NCBI GenBank assembly: GCA_020536535.1 | Contig: JAHLWZ010000609.1 | Span: 1-43,877 of the forward strand | Direction of reading: 5' to 3' | Length of the DNA: 43,877 bases | From: Pelomyxa schiedti | Lineage: Eukaryota; Protista; Evosea | In this document: piece by piece, positions 35,654 to 43,877 of the stretch | Numbering within the stretch: the stretch's first letter is position 1 | Layout of the letters: every line of letters starts with the position of its first letter | Notes under the pieces: generated by a model | The model's database searches: none | What the model was told of the DNA's origin: nothing | What the model saw: the letters and a program-made list of their open reading frames with translations, nothing else | Program-made: the position numbers and the translations under genes

Positions 35654-38600
35654 ATGAAGGGGGCGAAAAAACCCACAAAGGGGGCCACAGCCCCAACCCC
35701 AGGTTCCTTGTCAAATGCATCCCAGCTGCAAGCACAGGCCACATCAACTCCAAATCCCCAAACGGTTGCTCCCCCCTCGAGACAGAAACAGACCCAGCAA
35801 CAACAAGAGCAACCGACACCAAATAAAAACGTTACCCCTACGTGTGCTCAATCTGTTGCAATTGTTGGGGGGCCTCAGCAAAATCAACCGAAACCAAAGG
35901 CAAAACCAAAACCTGTCCCACAATCCCTGCCCACGGACGCTGCTTCCCAAGACCCCTCTTCTCCTAATCATGGTGACCACAACCAACCGCAGCAACAAAA
36001 TCAGAGGCGCAAAAAGCCTGTTGGGGGTGAACGAGCAGCAGCCATCCCACAATTATCCTCTGTGCCATCTTCGTCATCCGCGTCTTCTTCTTCTCCCGGT
36101 GTGGGGATTTCCGCTGGCTGCCGCCCAAATGGCGGGGCACCGAGAGCCAAACCCAGCCTGGATAATGGGAAATCGAGCCTGTATGACAGTGCCCTTGCAA
36201 CTTTGATGGAGATGAGTGCTGGTGTCCAACTTGGTCCTCTGAGATTGACACAGTTGCAAACTTCGAATGTGGATTCTGAGCCATCTGCTACTGAGGTTAT
36301 TGCCAATGTAAGTGCTCAGTTTATGTTTTTTGAATTCACAGCTTGATCTAATTGTTTTCTTTTTATTTTTCCCTTTCATTCATGTGTGGTTTACAGAAGA
36401 GTAGCAAGAAAAATAATAAGAATAAGAAGGCCATTCCAACACCAGCACCACCACAACAACCAGCTTCAGTGCCCAAACTGGAAGAAGCTAACACATCAGA
36501 GTCTCTCACCTTGGTATTTTGTCACAGGTAGGATTTCTTTTGTTGTGGTTGTGAGTCCGATTTAAGCTATCACCAGTTGGCCAGCTCACTGTGACAAGTT
36601 AGAGGAAAACCTGAACCATCTATACTCACACTTGCGGTTCCCAACTTCTAGAAAAGAAGCAGAAGGGACAAATGCAACTCCATTGGATTGTAAATCGGTT
36701 CTTTCCACTGAAAGGTGTGATAACCATGTTAGCCATCTTATTTTTATTGAAACTAAAAATTTCCCCCAGACTGGTTCCGTGGGTGATAAATAACGAAGTG
36801 GCCTCCCTCACGGTTACTCCTCCACAGACAACTATTGACCTAAGTATAAGTGACACCAATTATGAAATTCTAGCTGATCAAGAGGTTCTCACCGCGTATC
36901 GATAACTAGTTGTAATAGTCGCTGTAGGTACGGGTGGAGCAATTGGAAGGAACATCTAGAACCTCCATGTCTTTGAAGAGAAAATGGGAATCGACTTCTG
37001 GCGACTTTTACTCCGGGTCTACTCAGAATTTCCCTTTCCAGCCAGGTATTATATGTCATATGAAATGAAGGACTCTCGTAATGTTCTCTCACAGGAGGCC
37101 TGGAAATCAAAGCGCCCATTAAAACAGTTGTGGACTTGACATATACCCCTGATTGGGAATCCATCTTCAATGGCAAAGGTGTCTTACTTGTGCCACCTGG
37201 TTTTGCACGTGGGTTAGGCTCCATTGCCAAGCCTAGTGCTCCAGCCCCTCCTTCTTTACAGGAAGGTAGCGTGACTTCTTCTATTCAAGTGCAGGGTGAG
37301 ATAGTTCCTGTTGAAAGTGATCAAGAGACTCTCTTACAGCAGATTACTCAACTACGACTCAAGGTAGTTACACGTCTTGTAGCCCTGAATTGATTCGATG
37401 AAGCCTGAGTGGAAAGTCGTGCGTGGTGCGGGTGATATTACAACTGCCGCCAGCAAAGTAAAATCACAATGGGCAATAGCTGATACAACAGATGTTACCA
37501 ATTTTCGAGATATTGTGCCCGATATGGTCATTGAGGTACTTGGTTCTTCTGGCATTTTTACCTAAACACTTGAAGTACCCCTTTGAACTAGATGAATTCC
37601 AAAAGAGAAGTGTAATTCACCTCGAAGCTGGTGAATCTGTCTTTGTTGCAGCACACACATCTGCAGGTATACCTTGGTTCTTTGGGTATGTGCTTAAACC
37701 TCACCAGGAAAAACTCTTGTTGCCGAATATGCCATTGCCTTGTGTTTCAAGCACATGACTCGGTAACATTCTAAAATTATTTCCAAATCTAACTTTTCGT
37801 GCACATCAGTGCGATCTACACTTCCCCAATCAAAGGTAAAAGTGTACAGTGGTTCTAAAATTCTCAATCCCTTCAGCACTATCAAATCAAAAATTCCGGG
37901 ACTTCAAAGAAACATTTGAAGATGTTGGTCTTATAACAGGTTTTTCCAATCAGTGTAGGTGTGGTCACTTACCAATTTCAGGTGATGTGGCACTGCACCC
38001 CGAGGCGTCATGTCTCATTGTTACCACTGAAATATTGAGGTTTTCTGACTGTTCATAAACAAGTAGAAAATAAAGTTCTTGTAGATCAATGCTATACCGA
38101 GGGGCTGATCTTATCAGAGGTTTACACTTACTGTCAAGTTGTTAAGTATGGTTTTCATTTCTTTCAGATATTGAATGGGTTATTTTTGATGAAGTTCATT
38201 ATGTCAATGACGCTGAGGTTGAATGCACTTTACCATTCTTTGAGCTAACCCACCCAAGAGAGGAGTTGTATGGGAAGAAGTTATTATCATGCTTCCAAGT
38301 CATGTAATTTCCCCTTCTTCTTGACTTTGTTGCTTATGTCACACAAGGTAAATCTTATTCTCCTCTCCGCTACAGTACCCAATGCTCTCGAATTTGCTGA
38401 ATGGATTGGGTTTGCTTTTTTTTTTTTTTCTTTTTCCCCCACTCCGGTGTAAAATTTTACATTCACAAATAGGCGAACAAAGAAAAAGAACATATATGTT
38501 ATCAGCACAGCCAAGAGACCCGTGCCTCTTGAACATTTTATATATTCACCTTCACTTGTGACTGTGCCTTCTGGCGCCCGAAGCACGATACCACCACCCT

Positions 38601-41600
38601 CTACCCCTCAGAATGCGTCGTCCCCTGTTATTGTTGTTCCTCTTCCCAAAATTGTTGATGCTTCAAGGCAATTTCTTGTGAACAATTACAGAACGATATC
38701 TGAAACGTGCAAAGGGAAGAACCCTGACAAAAATATGTCGGTGTGTTGAGCTCTTTGGTGGGAGTTCTTACTAAATTCGGCATTCAGGGCAAAGTGAGCT
38801 GGATGAAACTTGTTGGAATGCTGAAGCAGTATTGTATTTTTTGTTGGATGAGACTATTTTTCTAACACTCCTTCCTACACTCCTCTTAGCTCTTATTCCT
38901 TGTGTCATATTTACATTCTCCAAGAAGAAATGTGAGGTTAAACTTATCTTAACATCTTTTCCTGTGAATCACTGGATTAATTCAGGAGTTCGCCCACAGT
39001 ATAAGTACAATAGATTTTACTAGTGGCTCCGATAAAAGCGAAATTCACACCTTCATTGAGCAGTCATTATCCAAACTTAAAGGTACGAAGAACAACAATG
39101 GAAAGGAGAAGTGAAAATGAATAGAAATCGACCGAACGTTACCTCAGATTCTCCGTATGAAGCAACTCCTGAAGAGAGGCATTGGTGTACATCATGGAGG
39201 ATTGCTCCCTATTGTCAAAGAAGTAAACTTACTGCGTCGATACTGTAATCTCAACTTTTTTTACAGATAGTGGAAATTCTGTTTGGAAAAGGCCTTGTTC
39301 GAGTTCTTTTTGCTACAGAGACATTTGCTATGGGTGTTAATATGCCAGGTACTGTGAATTGAAAAGTTCCAACATTAAAAAAAAACATAGCTAGGACTGT
39401 GGTTTTTTCAAACATTCGAAAACATGATGGAAAGGAGTTCCGTTACTTGCTGTCTGGTTTGCCTTCTACGATCATCTCAACCTAACAATCTTTGATAGGC
39501 GAATACACACAAATGAGTGGCCGTGCTGGAAGGTTTTTAATTTTTTTGAGCTACTTTTGTAATTTTGGAACAGGAGAGGGAAGGATGCCTTTGGAACCGT
39601 TATCCTGAATTGCACTGATGTACTACCAGATGTATATCTTTGTTGCACAAATAATATTTTCACTTTGTATAGTCTTTTACTTTGAAGCAAGTGATTCTTG
39701 GCACTGGCACCAAGCTTAGTAGTCAATTCCGTCTGACCTATAACATGATACTGAACTTGCTGCGCATTGAAGGACTGTCTGTAGAAGATATGATGAAACG
39801 GAGTTTTGCCGAGACAACATCCCAGCAGCACTTACCCACTCAGGTGAGCATTTTGTAATTCATCTTTTAGTAATGGACTTTAGCTCGCTCTTCTCAAAGA
39901 GGCTAAGTCTCTTCTATCACGTGTGACAACGCTGATGTGCAAGTATGGACCTTCCCCCTTATGTGACTCATACATGCCGAAGGAATAATCTATGTGACAT
40001 ACCTCAAATGAACGAAGTGGCACAAACATTCTGGTTCATGGAAAAGTTTGCCCTAACTATTAAATGTTCTTCTAGTTTCTAATGTTTTCAACAGACAGTA
40101 CAGGCGGGAAGTTGTCAATCGTTTGCTTGATAGTGCAGTAATTCAACCAGGGCGAATCTTACTGTTGGATCACCCAAATGTGTGTATTTAACTAGGGAAA
40201 ATATTTTCTCACAATTGGGGAAAAAGCATTACCCAACTCCAACCTATGCTGTGGTTGCACAAGTTGACAAAACGACAAACCCACCAAAGATAGGGGTTGT
40301 TACTGTAAACAATTCGCATTCCCTGGTTCCAGTGAAGGCTTCACAGATTGCTTCAGTATTCAAGAATTCTATTACGGTACATTTTGGCTCGCTCCACACC
40401 TTTCCAACCTTATGCAGATTGATCAATCTTTGTCGTACTTTTCAGTTGCTCCTTCCATGGTGGAACAAACTTCTGTTCAACTCAATCAATTCGCAAAGAA
40501 GAAAGGCTCCACTCTTACACCGTTGCACCCACTTGAAGATATCAAGAACTTACCTCTGGAGCTCTATGATCTGTATCTCATTTTCGAGTTTTTACGGAAA
40601 TTTAATATCAAAATTAGCCTGGAACAGCACAAAGACGCCAAGAAAAATTTTGATACCCTTGTGAAACTTCCTTGCCCTTTAGTCAAACAACATGTAAACT
40701 ATCTTTATTACACTCAAACAGAATGACTAAACAACCAACATTAGTTGCAAGAGGCAGACACGATTACGCGATTACAAAGACATGTACAAAAAGTAACAGA
40801 GGCCATGAGTGACACATCCCTTTCTCTCATGCCCGACTTCAATGGGCGCCTGGCTGTGCTCCAGCAAGTTGTTTTCCATCTTTGGGTTATCATTATAATT
40901 ACTCCCCGCAGCTTCAATATGTGGACCATGACCTGACTGTTCTCATGAAAGGGCGCGTAGCGAGAGAGGTATACCAGAACATTAATTAACGCAACTACCC
41001 TTTCATCAGATTAACACTTGTGACTCCCTGATTGTGACTGAGCTTATTTTCAGCAACTTTTTTTCTGAGCTTCACCCGGCTGAAATGGTGGCCGTACTGT
41101 CAGTTCTCGTTTTCCAGGAAAGGGATTCTTCTGACAACGACTCTTTTTCCCCTCGCCTTCAACAAGTGTGCCTGTGTTATTAGCCCAAACATACCTTTGG
41201 ACTCACTGAGCACTATAGCTCGCTGATGACCTTACAAAACTTGTTTCCAAACTTGCCGACATACAAACAAGGTGTGGCATGGACCTTACTGAAAAAGATT
41301 ATATGAAGGTATGCCTAGATGTTTTACCTAGTCCTCTAACTTCTCATACCAGGAAGTACTACACTTTGGTGTGTGATGGGTTCATTCCTTCCTTTCCTTT
41401 TCCCTGTTGACAAAAAAAAAAAAAAAAAGGTGTATATGAAGTTGTGTATGAATGGGCCAGACAACTTGTATGCATTTCCAACAACAAAGCACAAAACACC
41501 CTAAAAGCCACTCCAGCCGTTCTACGAAATCTGCCGGGCCACAACAGTACAAGAAGGATCCATAGTGAGATGCATTGTGAGGCTCGACGAGACGTGCAAC

Positions 41601-41717
41601 GAGCTCAAGAGCGCGGCCAGGATCATCGGCGACACTACGCTGTTTACAATGTGCACGCAGGCTTCCCTGCTGATCAAAAGGGACATAGTATTCGCCACAA
41701 GCTTATATCTCGAATGA
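35654..41717 (+). CDS. SKI2: SKI2 DExH RNA helicase (cytoplasmic exosome cofactor)
   Basis: Ski2_N-like VPPGFARGL. Helicase motifs [80 protein letters not shown] and [15 protein letters not shown] ends [14 protein letters not shown]. Dozens of short introns. Confidence 0.95.
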
Positions 41718-41847
41718 TGATGGCGGCAAAACGAGTTGAATCATAACAAATAAACAAAGTTTCTTGTCTAAATTACTCTCCTCACTTCCTTTTTGTGGAG
41801 GTGGGTTCGCTGCTACAAGAAAGCAGCGGGAGAAACATGCAAGGGGT

Positions 41848-42069
41848 TTAACTTGTGGGTGCGCCCAGGGCCTGCTCCTCTGTTGGTGGGGATGTAGTAT
41901 CAAGCTGCACCAGCCCTTGCTGAAAAAAGTCATCACAGAAAAGAGGTTCTTTAGGAGGCTTGGGCCGCCGGACAGTCGGCGGATAGTGCAAGCGAGGTTG
42001 GCAGCTCTGAGACTTGGGACCTGGCGCCTTTGTAGACGCTGGTGGCGAGTAACACCAACTAGTAGACAT
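41848..42069 (-). CDS. Possible small Pro-rich protein (73 aa)
   Basis: ATG-initiated ORF filling the space between two genes, downstream of an A-rich leader. No homology recognised. Confidence 0.25.
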   Translation of the reverse strand: MSTSWCYSPPASTKAPGPKSQSCQPRLHYPPTVRRPKPPKEPLFCDDFFQQGLVQLDTTSPPTEEQALGAPTS

Positions 42070-42229
42070 AGGTGCCTCTCGAATCTCACTGTAGTTATCG
42101 TGGGTTCGTTGGCTTGAGGTTGGTGTAAGATAACGAACGGATCTGTGCGGTATCTTTTTATTTTTCTTTTTGAAGGGATAGTATCTATCTGATTTCCGGT
42201 AATGTGATCACCTTTCGGTGCCCTCTCGT

Positions 42230-43877
42230 TTAGGAATCCAGATTGAGCATAACGTAACTTCCAGGGGGGGCTGCAACTGAGGGGTCATTGCGTTGTTCCC
42301 ACGTTTTGCCAGTTTTCTCAAGGAATCTTGTTTTGTTTTAAAAGGTGTGTTTAAGTGAAGTAGGGCAAAGGGCACTATACTTGGTCATGAACATTCGTTT
42401 GCCTACGTCAAGTGGTCCGGCTGCTCGGATCATGTTTTGGCCCCTATCCCCAACTACCAAAGGGAATTAATCCATGAATGAACCCAAAGTAAAAGTTACC
42501 TCTTCCCCAGCGGCTCCATATGTAATGGATCCCTTTAGCATCCTGCAGAAGTTGGATGTGGTAGAACTTATTGTTGTTGCAACTAATGTTAGTTTGGTTG
42601 AGCCAGCAGCTGTAAGGAGAATTGTCCTCAACAACCACCTTATACTTTAGGGCACCAGGAACATATTCATCCACCTAGTCTCATCTCAAATTAAATTATG
42701 AGGAAGCCAAGCAGAAAGAAACCTTAGTGAGAGAAGCTCCAGAGTTCGCAGTTGAAGTGGTCGATGTAGAAACGAGTTCCGAAATAGGCTCTGGGCTATG
42801 GGTACTGCCAAGTAAAAAGTCTGCTACATCAAGTTTCTTCACTATAATTTAAATGAGAACTAATATGGTTATTAGGTTGGATTGCTACGCTGTGCAATGC
42901 ACTGATTTACGTATTGCTCTGTGACTATTGGAATGTGCCATTCCTGTTTTGCGAAGTGAAAAGTCTCGGAATAGGAAAACGTGAGGCACCTTGGCTTTTG
43001 AAACTTTTGCTGAGTTGCTATCGAAGTCGGCTTGACTTGAAACCAAATGTGTAACCTTCTTCGTCATCCTAGGTGTGTAGCAACCACGATTTAAACTGAT
43101 TCTTCTTGTGAATTCTGCAATTGGGCAGGTAAGATCCCCAGAAACACAAAAAGTAAGGCCTTCCAAAGTACGAGACCCTATGAACTGTTAAAATGTAGGA
43201 TAGTAACTTGAAGGTACCGGTAGTGGCATTGAGATGGGTAGGAAGTACAAAAGGGAGTTGCCCTGGGAATTGTATGGGGGGTTGAAATGCATTCAAGTTG
43301 GGCACCAGTCCCCCAGTTTGAATGCAAGGAACCCTTTTTTCCACTAAGCAGTTAATTCAATTGGAAATTATTCATACTCTTCTGCGGGTTCTTCTGAGCC
43401 CTCCTCAGAATCAGGTTCTCTATCATCTCCTTCATCTTCCTCGTTGGTAACGTCGCCAAATGGATTTGGATTCCCCACAGGGACAATATTGAGAGAGTTT
43501 GTAAACGGATCGCGTTGCTGATTCTGCGCGGACTGGTAAAAATCTTGCATGAACGCCCCATTCAAGCGCTGCTGATATTCCCTGACGAAGTTGGTCAGGT
43601 CTTGTGCACTGGGAGGCATCCCGCGCCCAGACGGGGCAGTTGGCAGCGGGATTGTGGGTGGTGCATTCAAGTTGGGAAAAGTGAAGCTGAGTGGAGAGTT
43701 TTGTAGTGTAGCCCCGCCAATGGCGTTTGTTGGCAACGTGGTGCCTGAACCAAAAGGAGAAGTGGTTGGCGAAGTAGTAGAAGGTGGTGGGCTTGTTTGC
43801 AAATTAAACGGGTTGCCCGGGGGGCTTGTTGCTACATTACACGGATTCACGGGGGGAGTTGTTAGTAGATTATAGGG
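42230..43877 (-). CDS. BRCT-WGR protein (PARP N-terminal module) without catalytic domain, 5'-partial
   Basis: BRCT: EGLTFCVSG...KVTHLVSS. WGR: YSCWLNQTNISCNNNKFYHIQLL...WSRWGRVG...FLEKTGKTWEQR...GSYVMLNLDS*. Stop at 42232-42230. Confidence 0.85.

Overview
Compact, intron-rich eukaryotic genomic scaffold. It is probably amoebozoan; the gene-family style suggests an archamoeba such as Pelomyxa, but that is inference only. Introns are mostly 40-60 nt with very degenerate donors. Recognisable genes in order: eIF5 (5'-partial), two convergent decayed genes of a large P-loop GTPase/helical/vWA family, a Sir2 deacylase, a lineage-specific hypothetical protein, RMI2, a 4-TM protein, MZT1, a UBA-Ariadne RBR E3 ligase, a CDC26-like small protein, PEX11, U2SURP/SR140, a Stf3-like sulfotransferase, a PH protein, an LRR/Pro-Gln-rich protein, an RWD-like-ANK-LRR-Roc(degenerate)-COR kinase, SKI2, and a BRCT-WGR protein with no PARP catalytic domain. 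The three 100-N gaps each carry an exact 121-nt flank duplication, which is an assembly artefact. The most interesting signal is non-coding. A ~215-nt highly structured minus-strand element at 5201-5414 has Sm-class snRNA architecture and a variant U1-like 5' end (AAUCUACCU). A colinear look-alike with a different U1-like 5' end (AAACUUACAU) lies at 35488-35640. Together with the degenerate splice donors, this raises the hypothesis of a family of divergent U1-like snRNAs. All exon joins and RNA folds were made by eye and are unverified.
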